A DNA stretch of 64,000 nucleotides from Rhynchopus sp. YZ270_cl-10 (Eukaryota). Numbering within the stretch: position 1 is the stretch's first letter; every line of letters begins with the position of its first letter. The translations under genes and the position numbers were made by a program. Location of the stretch: positions 992,001 to 1,056,000 of the forward strand of contig OZ037835.1 of the NCBI GenBank assembly GCA_964035575.1, written 5' to 3'. The notes below the pieces were generated by a model. That model made no database searches. It saw nothing but the letters and a program-made list of their open reading frames with translations, and had not been told where the DNA came from. Shown here one piece after another: positions 35,408 to 48,027 of this stretch.

Positions 35408-36489
35408 AGTGCGAAAACAATAAAGTAAGTGCATGATTATCGACCTCCCCCTGCCCCTGTCAAGCACCGCACAGCCTCCACGCTGTCTCCACCCACCCCA
35501 CGCAAGGAAGAACGCCACAGGTGCTCTCGTACTGCAACCACAGACAAGCTGAGGTGCCAGACAAATTGCACGAAAGCACCTCACGGCCGGCCACAGCTTC
35601 CCCTCTCCCATCATTTCCACAAAACGATGCAGGGAAGCGCCACACCCAAACCCACACTCACAACACACCTCCCTGCCCCCACAGACCTTCACCGCAACAG
35701 GGAGAACACCCAAACCCCACATCAACCTGCAACATCAGCACACCCCCATTCGCACTGCCCGGACACAACACATGACCACCCCAGATCACACACAGCACAA
35801 CTAATGCATGCGCACCTCGTCTCAACAGCAGGCACCTTGACTGGCGAGAGCCCCACCACACTCGGTAATACGGACACTTCAGTCCACATGGTGCAAGCAA
35901 CGGGTGGTACCAGGGAGCATCCTCCACGGGAGACTTTTTACGCCGTCCCAAGGCAAAAGAGAATTGGGAAACAATACTTTTGCAGCATCAAAGAAGTGGT
36001 GACTGGGGACATTTCCTCCTTTTTAGTCTTTGGCTAAAAGCACAAAATACAAACTCACTTCTGGTACAGGGTCGTGGGAGGATGCGTCCAATGGAAATCA
36101 CGTCGGTAGAATAGTTCGAGAATGTAGGTTTTTACTATTTTTGAAAACTTGGTTGTATTAGTGTAGCCACCCTAGAGTGTGCTTCACTATACTATTTTTA
36201 GTTTATGTGGATTGGGCCTTGGAGAGGGCACCACCGCACGAGGCAGTGTCAGCACCATTCGTGCTCGTCACTCAGACTGCAATCAGTCTTGGAAAAGAGG
36301 CAAACACAAAGAGCAAGTACGAACAGTGTGCGCACTCCTTGCTATTCAAAAGAATCCGTCTCGCAAGTTCAGGTTCCACAGCATCAGCATTGCGACAGCC
36401 TAATGCACGAGGAACTGTTGGAGGGACACCGATCACTCTCTTCAGCCGCAACCCATCAATCGTCCCGTCTTCCCCAGTGCAGATGCTCC

Positions 36490-38270
36490 ACAGGCACGGT
36501 CTTGTCATCGCAACCACACATCACTTCGCGTCCATCGGGCTCACAGCAAAACTGGATACACGGACAGTGAAGTTACAAGCGCCCGAAACCACATGACTTC
36601 ATCAGGTGTCACTGCCACTCCCAATACACTATCAGAACGCTGCAAGGTAAGGACCTGCTTCCGCTGCCAACCTCTCACACGCACAGTCTGGTCACGGTAT
36701 CCGTGAACAACAGAAGTGTGTACTTTGAACAGCAGTCTCTTCTCCAGTGCGAAGTTTCCACATACGTACGGTGTAATCAGCAGAGCACGAGGCACTCCAT
36801 CAGGAGTCACTGCCACTCCATGAAAGACGTCTGTGTGCCCTGTAAATACTGCCACCTCCTTCCCAGCCAGCATGTTCTACACACGGACGGTGCGATCTTC
36901 CTCTGAGCACGCGTGAGATGTATCGGGAGACACTGCCACACCTACCAGTATGAAGACTTCTTTCAAGAACACCGCAAACTCACCGGAAGCTGTGCAAAGT
37001 AAAGTCACTTCTTTCCCCGTCGCAGCGTCCCACAGTGTGCTCCAGCCAGCAGTTCGAGAAGGAAGCGCCCGTCAGCGCCGTCTCCACAAACAGAGACCCG
37101 CGCAGGTCTCAGTTCGACACACGGATCCCGCTCAGGTCCTCCCCACTCACAGGGATGCGTGCACGTGCCAGCAGTGCTGCTGCATTCGACCCTGCTGTCA
37201 CAGCAGCCTCCCCACAAACACCAGCAGCTACACTTACACTTGAAGCTGTATCTGCACATGTCGCCTTCACAGCCGCAAGCAGCTCTGTGCAGGCACGTTC
37301 GTACAGCACGCCGTTTGCACACACCAGCGCCGCAAAGAACCCAAGCATACACTGCGAGTCCTTGCTGAAGCTCTTCTGCACCAACGTCCCCAGTGTACCT
37401 GCTGGGTCACGTGCAAGTCGCCGTGCTGCAAGGTGCTCCCCAAGCAATTTGTGCGGAACGTGAACGCACTCCGCTCCTCCCCAAAGTCCTCAATCCGGAA
37501 CGGCAGGCAGCGGAAGCAAGCATCCCGCACAGCCTCACACACACCCACAGTCCCCTGCCACTCGTTTGTCTCCAGCATCCTGCATGCAACAAGCTCCCCT
37601 GCACGCACCACATCCTCCAAAGACACATCCGAAACAGCAACAGCAACAGCAACTCCACCAGACGCCATCTCCTTCTTCGTCCACGTCTCCAGGTAGGCCT
37701 CGTAGATCACCTCCTCAGAAGCCTTCCCGCTGCACTGTGCGTGGCACGCCATGTGCAGCACAAACGGGTTCCGCAGCTGTACAAGTCCCCAACGTCCTCC
37801 TCACGCACGAAGACTGTACATTCTCCCTTGTCTCAGGTCCCCGCTTCTCCACATCCTCTTTGTGTTCCTTCTCCCAGGCTGTGTTTGCACGCTCGATGTA
37901 CGTTCTCGCATCCACCTCTGTGAACGGCTGCATGTACACAGCACGCACACCAGCCCCACACACACCAGACGGAGACGTGTCCACACCCTCCAGGTACTCA
38001 CCACGCACAGTCACAACAACGCTGCAGTGTGCCTTCACCCACGGATGCCGGCACAGAAGGCCACCCTCAGCCACCACAGCACCCGCCGCGTCCCTGTGCT
38101 GCAGCGCGCACCACAGCGGCACCTTCCCGTTCCTGTCACGTACGTTCCCCGTTATCCACACTGCCTCCGCAAGCACGGCGCTGTGCAGCATTGTTCTCCC
38201 GTCCACGCCGTCCACTGCATCCACGGGACTCTCCTTCCCAGTAATTCCCTTTGCAATCTCGTCTTCTTCA
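36490..38270 (-). pseudogene. Ank-NACHT-WD40 (NLR-like) relic 2
   Basis: Ankyrin fragment DGRTMLHSAV; NACHT-associated motifs IYEAYLETW and LGEHLAARRL; WD40 pieces FTGHTDVFHGVAVTPDG; multiple frameshifts. Confidence 0.6.
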
Positions 38271-40665
38271 GGCTTCGACGCTCAGGGCCATCTTCCTGAT
38301 GTGTTTGTTTGCAGAAGCTGGTGTGTTGTCGCTGTTCGTGTACTGCTGTGATATGTTCTGGGCAGTCTTGCTGTACCCAAGCAGAGAGTCCTCCCTACCC
38401 ACACACAGCTCTGCACACTGTTCCCACTCACCCCACCCCACTGGCAGAGGCGACACAGTGCTGCTATAAGATGCAGTACCACCCATAGACACTCCGCTGT
38501 CTCCACCCACCCCACGCAAGGAAGAACGCCAAAGGTGCTCTCGTGCTGCAACCACAGACAAGCTGAGGTGCCAGACAAATGCACGAAAGCATCCCACGGC
38601 CGGCCACAGCTTCCCCTCTCCCATCATTTTCACAAAACGATGCAGGGAAGCGCCACACCCAAACACCCCCCACACTCACAACACTGTGCACCTCCACCTC
38701 CCTGTCCCCACCCAACCCAACCCACAGACCTTCACCGCAACAGGGAGAACACCCAAACCCCACATCAACCTGCCACTCCCTTGGGTACTCTTCCTCCAGG
38801 CAAAAGCCATCAAGAGAAACGGTTACCACCCCCGGGGTTGCCTCCTCCTCCTTTGTGCAGCGCTGCTGCACTTCCCACACCCACCCCGCCCCACGATGTC
38901 TCCCACCTCGCAGAAATGAAAGTCAAATATAATAAAAACCCCTTTCATCTTTTGTTTAGTTGGTACGCTACCCACGTCATACGCAAAGTATTTGTCCTAA
39001 TAAAACAAATACATCCGTTCACTCGATTAATGTTGAAGACTCATGGCAACCGAAGAACGCGTCTTTCATTTCCAGACGTATTGCATAAAGGCGTTGATTC
39101 AAAAGGGGGCAACAATCACGAGAATGGGAATAGTGGTGGAGAGATTGAGAAGGTGAACGCTTCCCTCCCCTCCATGTCACACTTTGTGTATCAGTATTGA
39201 TAAGGTTGACACAGCCTGGCACAATACTGTCCGATCCGGTGACGTTGGTCCTGCTTCTACTCATTTTGCACCCTTTAAGGAAGCCAAAACCAACTATAGT
39301 GAAGTTTGAGGGGCGGTTCACGCTAAAGGGAGTCCCAGAAGCATAGTTTCATTTCATAGTTTCATTTACCCATATGAGCAATTGGTGGCAATGACCAAAT
39401 TTGTATCAATCAAGAACTTGCTAATTTTTCCGAAATGACCCCACTACAGTGGGGGTAGAGCTCGGAAAATCCGAAAAAGGCCAAAAACCTCTCCAAAAAC
39501 GGGGAAAAAACGATACAACATTTCCAGAATTTTGCTGTTTCCCCAGTAGTTTTTTCTTGTGTGCGTGCGTACAGATTGTTTGGGGAGGTTGGGACCCAGA
39601 ACAAGAAAAAAACTTGTGCTTCCCTAAATAATGAAACCCCCGTTCATCTTTTGTTTAGTTGGTACGCTACCCACGTCATACGCCCCAAGCACCCCAAGAC
39701 GACAGTGAAAGACCACGTGGTGTCAACGAGTTCAGGAGTGATGAATTGCAGATAAAAAGGGGGTTGGGTGGGGAGGTACGTTGTAATGAATAAGACATGG
39801 GTTTTTGTGGGGATTCTTTTGCAGCACAGTTGAACATAACACAATGTGTGGAACGTCTTGCTCAGCACAGCTCTCCTCTCGCACCAAGTAGCAGTCTGTG
39901 CCACGGTGAGCAAGACTGTGCCCCTCTTCTTCTCCGAACCAGAGGACGCAGCAGACATACTGCCAGAGACACTCCACCTCGGGGAGGTGCTGCCCTCCCA
40001 CCAACACACCACGTCGTCATTGTGCGTGTCTCCGTCGCTTCTGGCTTTGCTCGGGGGACTCGTCTCTGCTTCGTTTCGGACGTGCTTCAACCACAAGCTT
40101 CCTCAGCTTCTCGCCCTTCCTCACTTCGTTGGACACAACACTGCTGCAGCCGGAAAGGTAAATGCTCGCCAACGAAGTGCAGCCCGCAACAATATTTGTA
40201 CCGAATAAACCGCTACTAATGTGCGTCACGTTGCTGAGTGGAGATAAATCGAGGGTCGTTAAGCTGATGCATTCCTGAAGGAAGTGCGCACCAACGTGCG
40301 TCAGGTTGCTGAGTGGAGATAAATGGACGTTGGTTAAGCTCTTGCATCCGTAAAGAAAGCCGCCGTCAATCAGCGTCACGTTGCTGAGTGCAGATATATC
40401 CAGGGTCGTTAAGCTGCTGCAGTGCTGAAGGAACCACGCACCAACCTGCATCACATTGCTCAACCCAGAGAGGTCGACACTTGTCAACGAGGTGCAGTTG
40501 GCCAGGAAGCAGTCTCCAATGTGAGTCACAATGGACTCAGCACTGAGATCAAGTCTCGTCAACGAAGTGCGTGACAAGAACCCATTCGGAATGACAGTCG
40601 CAACCTCCGCCTGCAGAAGCAAACACGCCACCTCAGGATCCTCCACACTCTCCAACCTCTCGGCG

Positions 40666-43600
40666 ATAAACGTTTTTAAAAATAGGATGGAGCACCCCGG
40701 TCCGAAAAGGAATGCAGCCACCCCTGGCTTCAGGCTCGCGAACCCAGCGTTGATGTAACACAGGGTTTCACGGGCCAAAACCAGAAAAAAATGAAAAATT
40801 GAGGGTTCAACGACTGCGCCAACTGGTCTCATGCGACGTTGAACCAACTTAAAATCTAGAATCTTGTGTCAACTTGTAAAGAAAAGCAATGAATATTAAA
40901 ATTACCGGTTTCAGGCGTGGCGTACACGTCTGCTGCCATCTACGCTGGGATAGCCGTCCGGTTTGAACTTGGGGTTCAACAACAGTGCCAAATGGACTTA
41001 TGCGTCGCTGTGTCAACTGAAAAACAATGAAAAACAAGAATGTCGTTGAGGAAGATTGAAATGCATGAAAAACAAGAAGAACAAGGTAAAATATCTACAG
41101 AGGGTGCTGTCCTAGCTTGTCCTCTTTCGTTGTCTCGCCCACACTAAGCTTCTCAACGGCCGTGCAGGCGAGCTTTGTGGCGTTCACGTTGTTACTGCTG
41201 TCGATGTGCACCAACGTGATGCTTCGGGTCGCTCTCAGCTTGTCAAGCTCACCCCGCGCCTCTTTCTGGAGGTGGGCGACTGCCGCGTATGGTCTGCAGT
41301 GCTCGTTCACCTGGTCAACCACGGTTCTACTGGATCCGTAGATGTTCAGTGGTGTGGTGTCTGTGTCGCTCTTCAGGTATTCGAGGCACATCAGCAGTCC
41401 TTCATACTCCGCGACGTTCAGGGTTGTGTCCGCCAGGCGACTGCTGGCTGTCCACCGCACCTCGCCATCTATCTCGAGGCGTGCACCTGCGCCCGATCCC
41501 TGGCAAGTGTTTTTCTTCACCCTCGCCCCCGGCTGCCTCACGTTGCAGTATCCGCCGAAGAAGATGCGAGTGTGTCCGGTGGGTTTCTTTGGTTTTCGTC
41601 GAGCCTGCTTCTGCTGCTTCTGCTCAGCAGCCAAGCGGATGTGCTTCGCAATTCTGTCTGCTCTCTCCTGTTTGCAGTCCTCGTCTAGGGGTGGGAGCTC
41701 TGTGTTCGTCCAGGATTTGTTCCCTTTGCAGAGGGTTGGCAGGGACCGGATCGTCTTGAGCACCTCAGCAGGTTCGGTGAGGATGGGTCGTCTCGTGATC
41801 GCTAGGGTTCCCCACTTGATGCCTAGGTCTAATGGGGCGAACACTTTGCTCTTGGGGTAGATGGTGCCCGAGAAGAGGTACGCGTTTGCTGCCACTATCT
41901 TTGCCTTAGCCATCCAGTTGCTGAACCAGGTGATTTTGTCGGTGATCATGGAGCTCTCTCGGGAATTGGGTTCCTCTGTGGTGAGCTTTGCTCCTGTGTG
42001 CGCTTCGAAGTCCAGCGCCAGCTCCAGGTGCGAGACGTGCTGTGATTTCCCATTGGACACCGTCGGCCACTTTAGGCTTTCCAGCCACTCCTTGAGTGCG
42101 AGGTATCCTTCCGCTTTGTACGGCCACGCGTCTGGCACCTCGTCAGGAAGTACTCCTATGTAGGTCTCGTATGGGCCTTCTGGTTCCCATGTCCAGGGAA
42201 AATTGTCCATTTGGCTCGTCTTCGTTGTAGTGGTACCGCGTTTTCTCTTGTCCTCCCTCTCTAGGGCGATGTCTGAGTACATGAGAAGCAGCAGCTCTAG
42301 GGCTTCTCTGTTCGGCACTTCCGGAATCATCTGGAAGCCGGCGGGGAGAATGGCGTTGAGGCGCAGGCATTTCGGCCAGCTTTCTCTTACTGCTGGATCG
42401 GACACTCCTGCGTATTTGTGCTGTTCGCGTATGTGTGCGGTGTGGCTGCATTGTTCCCACATGTGTTCAAAGTCCTCCACACCTGTGCCGCAGTGCTCGC
42501 ACGTGTCACTGGTGCTCATCTTCATTCTTTTGCGCCTGTCCTGTGTGAGCTCCGCTCCTGCAAGAATGTTCCTCATGTACCCTGCACGCAGTGGATCTGT
42601 GTTCTTGTAGCTGTTCCACACGGCGTTGATCGTGCGATAATCGATGCCATCTTTAACCCCTTGCATGTCCTCCCTCCTTGTCTCGAGTCTACGGCAGAAA
42701 TCGTCCCTGATACCGTCTCGGAGTTGGTGTCGAAGAAGGTCACCCTCGGGTTCGTCGAGGTTCATCTGTGTTGTGTGCGGGGGCAATAGGGTGTTGTTCT
42801 CCCAGCGCCAGTTCATGGATTGGGTGGTGCGGAGGAGGATGTCTACCGGTCCACAGTATTTTACTCTCGACGTCCGCTTCAGGATACGGATCTCGTCTAT
42901 TAGGGTTCTAATCTCCTGGTTCTTCCCCATGGTGTAGAGCGCGAGCAGGCGTTGGTACTTGAGGTAAGATGTTGGGTCTGTCCGGTGTAGCGGGTTCAGC
43001 ACTCCCCTCACTATTTCACTGCATCTGCTAGGTAGGCCCCTCCAAATCGCCGCCGTCACTGCTTTGGTGAGCCTTCCAGCGGTGGTGGACAGCGGCTCGT
43101 ACGTCTCGCAGCCGTAGAGTGCCATGGGCATTATTTTTGTCGCCACCAGTTCGGCTCTGCCTTCAAAGGGGACGTTGAGGTGAGGGATACGTCGCGCACA
43201 TGTCTCAGCTTTGCGCACTCGCTTGTCCAGCTTTGTCGCTGCTTCCTTTTTCTTGGCTACGGCCAGTCTGATCACTGCGCCGAGATTGTCCAGTTCCTTC
43301 TTCTCCTGTCTCAGCTGGGTGTCTCCGAGCATGAGCTCCAGCTTTTCGGTCTTGGCTGTCGAGAAGGAGAAACTACTTCCGTACGTGAGGTCGGTCTTGG
43401 TGGCGAAGTCGTGGGACACTGTGAGGCCTTTCCTCAATTGTGCGGTGTTGTTCGAGGTCATGGTGGTGTCGTCCGCGTACAGGCTTGTCCGACATCTGGT
43501 TTCCGTCCGAACCGCCGCCTCCCACACTGCTAGGAGGGCGTTCAGCAGGATAATGCTCAGCGCACATCCCTGCAGAATGCCATTGTTCGCTTTGAACTCC

Positions 43601-46600
43601 TCACCGACCGTACCGTATAGTTTGAACCGCCTCTTCAGGTCCCTGTACATGCTCTTGAGGGGCCGCGTGATCTTCATGTCGATCCCCATTTTCTCCACAA
43701 GACTGAAGGTTATGTCCCACGGTATGGTGTCGAAGCATTTCTTAATGTCCAGAAATACTCCTCGCAGCGTGTTCCCCGACACCATTGCTTTTTCGACCAG
43801 GAGTGCGGTGAGGTAAAAAGCGTCACGTGTTCCGTGCCCAGTCCTGAAGCCGTGCATGGATTCCGGTGCCCATGTCTCTTGCCACACCATTAGGCTCGTC
43901 AACCTTGTCTTTGCCCATAGCCGATATACCGCCGACATCACGGAAATTGGTCGGTGGTCGAGTGGTTGTGGGTCCTCCACCTTGGCGATCATGCTCACGG
44001 TCGCGTGGAGGAGAGCTTCTGGCCATACGCCCGTCTCTTCTACTTGGTTGAGGATTGATGCCAGCCTGTCGAAGATCCCCGTTGGGAGAAGCGCAAGTTC
44101 TTCTGGGTGCCATCCGTCTGTGCTGGGGGCCTTCCCCTTCGGCATGCTCTCGGCCACGGCTTTCAGCATCCTTCCGGTTAGGGGTTCTACGTGCATCGGC
44201 CGTTGAGGTATGTGTGTGCCAAACCTTTCCTCGAACGCTTCCCACGTGGGTGTGTCACTCAGGGTGTTGTGCTTTTGAAGTATGGGAAGCCATGCCTCAC
44301 GCAACCACGTGTCCATGTCCTCCACATTCGCGGTCTCTTCCGTCCCGCGCTTCATCGTGTTGCACCGCATTTTGGCTCCGTTGAGGCGCTTGTAGATGAG
44401 CCCTGGTGTGGTGTGCCATTGCGTGCGTATCATGCGGTACCTTTGCGTGGCCCTGTCCCTCTCCAGGTTCTTTCTGGCAGTTTCGAGTCTCTGGTGCAGG
44501 CGCTGTATCAGCTCCAGTGTCGTGCTGGCCTGCGGCTCCTCCTCTGGGGTAGCGTCGAGAATGCTCACCAGCCCTGCCTTCGCTTTGTCCCACGCCTTGC
44601 GTGCGCTGGGTGTGAGGGCTCCTTTGGTGCGTAGAGTGTTGCCGACCTCAGTTAGTCTGCGGATCGTCTTCCGGATGCGCGTCATCTTGAGGGTCTCTCC
44701 TGCGTCGCCTTCGCGAGACTGTCTGCTGCACAGCCAGGTGCGTCGCAGTTTGGGTGGTCGGCCTTTGCGAAAACATGCTGCTGAGTTGTCGTCTCCCTGC
44801 CGTGCCCAGAAGTTGGTCGCATCCTCATTCCATGCTTTCCACTTGTCCTCTACCAATGTGCTTGCGTGCCATTGTGCTTTGGAACCATCGCAGATCTCTT
44901 CAGCCTCCTTTTCAAGGTCTGCCTTCGTTTTCTTCCTGCTCAGTTCATCCTGTTGTAGCATAGGGGGCCTTTCCTGCTTGAGCACACGCTGCCGGTACGT
45001 CATATTTTTAAATGTCGCGTCCAGGGGGATGTGTGAAGGTATTCCGGCCGTCCCCGTTTTGCACCCTGCCAGCGCAAGCACCGCGATTTGGTTGGCCAGT
45101 ATGATGTCAATTCGTGAGCACACACTTTTGGCTTCAGACTTTGTGCTCTTACCGATGTGGGTGTGCTCTGGCTCTTGGTTGGCCCAGCCCGCGGCTCGTT
45201 CGGCACAGTCCGTCCATCGTTCTGAGCTGATGGCTAGGGATATTGCTTCGCTTGAGCTGGGTTCTGGGTGGCTGTTGCAATCCCCGAGGATAATCGCTGG
45301 TACGTCCCCTATCTCTGCTTCTGCAAATACATCCGATAGGAAGCTCTCGCGCTCTTGCTTTGCTTGCGGGGAGTTGCCGACTTTGGCGTATATCACGAAT
45401 AGGTGTAGAAAATGGTTCCCTGCCCCATGTGCCACCTTTGCGTGCAGGTAACGCTTTGAGTCCCAGAGTCTCTTTGCTCGTTCAGTATCTCTCCTGACCA
45501 CACTTGCTGGTATGCCTCGTTTCACCATTAGGCCCACCCCCTTGTGCTCTCCGTAGCTCTGTTGTATTGCATTTGGAAGTAACTTTACTGGGCACCCCCA
45601 GAGACCTGTCCAGCCTTGTTCATACAGCGTTCGGGAAGCTTGGGCCTGTTTCTTCTGTGTGAGCCGAGTCTCCTGCAGTGCGACTATGTCGTTGTCCCAA
45701 CTCCACACCTCCTCCTGGTGAGCATTCATTGAGGTGATGTTGGCAGTACGTATGGACAGGTTTGGAGTGGCCCGGGCAGCGCGGCGTCGCTTTCTCTCCG
45801 TCTTGGTACGTTTCCGTGAGCGAGACACTGCGATATTCGTGTCCAGGTTCTCCAGCGTGACACAGCGGTTGCCTTCTGCCTGCGTCGTTGCAATCAGCGA
45901 CAGCAGCCCCTCGGTTGCTTTGAGGCGGTCGAAGTGCTCGGGCCTGTACGTGAGCACAACTGGGTTCGATGTAGGTGGTCCGCCGACGTGGCTAAACCGT
46001 TTCGCTCTGGCATCCAGTACCCAGATGGCCCTGTCGAGTATGCTTGCCGCAGTCTGTAGCTCACGTTCTCCACCGTACGTTCCTTGCATTCTCATTTTGG
46101 CTAGGTGTTGCGTGTAGGTGGGAGGTTCGTTTGCCTCAGGAGAGTAGCTGTCAGCATAGAGGTCACTGTCGTCGTTTTGCAGTACGTCCACCACCCGTTG
46201 TCGCAGTGAGTTCGTTGTCCACCCCTCGCTCTGCTCAGCTATGGCAGTGAATAGGCAGTCCCCGTCTGGCGCTACTGCTATCCTTGTAGAGTTGATACTG
46301 CGGGCTGTTGCGTCCAACCACTCCTTGTGGTCGGTGATGGCCCTCAGTGGGTTCACGGGATTGTCGTTGTTTTTGGGGTAGGCGCTCCTACCTATCCCCG
46401 GTTCTATGTGCGATTCTAAGTACGTATCTAATCTAGTGGGGTCTGCCTTTGCGTCCAGCCAGTTTCTAGTTTGTTCTAATTCTAAGAGGGGGTCGGGAGT
46501 TGATTTACAGGGGATAGGGGAAGGAGAGTTCAGAGATCGAGGTTGAAGTCGAGCAGGTTCGCTTGTCCTTGGCTTTTCCCTGGGTCGTCTTTTCCCTTTC

Positions 46601-48027
46601 CCTTTCCCTTCTTCCCCGCCAGCGGCGACGCGGAGAAGATGTCGTCGAGGGAGGCGGCCGCGGATGGCGGGGCGGTGGTTCCCCCTTTCCCCTTTCCCCT
46701 TTCCCGCCTTCCCCTTTGCAAGTGGGGTCTTTGCCCCCTTGTTTGTCTCCGCGGGAGACGGCGTGGGTGCCTGCGGCGGAGTCTTCAGCGACTCTGCGTC
46801 AGGGAGTGGTGATGGGGGTCGTGGGGAGCTGGGCTGTGAGGCGGTGGTGGCGTTGGCGTTGGTGTTGGTGCTGGTGTTGGCGGATACCACCCTCAGGATG
46901 TGCTGCAGGCACTCCTCCGTCGAGATCTGCCGAGCCTCGATGCTCTGCAGACGCCCATCCATGCCGTGTAGCACGGCCGTCGTTTCGGCGTGCTGCGACG
47001 CCTGTCGTTCCAGCAGGGCTTCGATGCCCTTGCCCATCCCTTCCACCCCGATGCTCATGGCCTCGAGTCCCCTGCCCATGTGCAGAAGGGCAGCCGTGGT
47101 CTCCTGGCCTGTGCGTGATAGCTGTGTCAGCGCGGCCGCGTTCTGCTGCACCACCGAGAGCAGCGGGTCGAGGTTCTGAGGTGTGGTGAAGGTCTGTTGG
47201 TGATGGGATCTTTGCTCCTTGCGCTGCAGCCATGCCAGCTCCAGCTGTGTGCCTTCCTCGAAGAGAAGTTTGCCTCTGGCTGCCCCGTACTCCTGCCTGA
47301 ACTCTGCAATGGTATACTTATCCTTGCGGTTCCTCACCGTGGGGTCGGGGACTCTCTTGGGGGCGTGGTTGTGGTTGGTGGTGGTGGTGGTACTAGTATC
47401 CTTTGCTTCTGCGGGGAAGATTGACACCACAACGTTTTGCCACTTGATGCTGCGGTGTGGGGGCTGGGACTCCGCACGCACCACGAGGGTCTTCTCCCCC
47501 GTTCTGCCCTTGTTGAGCAGCGTCACCACCCGCGCCCCCTCCCACTGCATCGCCTTCAATGCGGTGACGCAGTCCGCTCTGGTTGCCTGGGGTGGGACAG
47601 GTCTGAGGTCGTATACCCGGGCGGCGGAGTTCGTTGCCTTGCTGTCGGGTATCTCGAGTGTGAATGGGGGGGTGTCGTCCATAGCCTCCGGGGTGTCGCC
47701 GCTGCTTCCTCCCCTTAGCCTACCCAGCTCCCACACGTTGCAGTGCGTCCTGCACATCCGGAGCGACTCCTTGTCGCTCATGTCCCTTCCGTTGATGGTA
47801 AGGCGTTGCACGTCTCTGCGTCCACCTGTCTTCGCTCGCACTGCCGCCTTCAGGTCAGCCACCGAGTCCGCGTCGCTGACGTCCACTGTCACTGTCTTTC
47901 CAGTAAGCGTTCGCACAAAAATCTGTCTTTTTTCTTCGTCGTTTTCTTCTTCTTCTTCTTCCGAGTCTTTGCCGCAGTCCACTGCGTTGCCCGGGGTCAC
48001 CTCGTGGAGGTGCTCGGTAAAAACCCC
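40666..48027 (-). mobile_element. Full-length APE-type non-LTR retrotransposon (7.36 kb) at Ubl-LRR site B
   Basis: 19-bp TSD ACTCTCCAACCTCTCGGCG (40647-40665 / 48028-48046); 5' HDV-like ribozyme; one long ORF; ~430-nt 3' UTR; no poly(A) tail. Confidence 0.95.

Noticed and set aside
38984..39629. AT-rich segment between ~50-bp direct repeats with LRR-like IVGFGFLKGC
   Set aside because: Too degenerate to assign as a gene or element.
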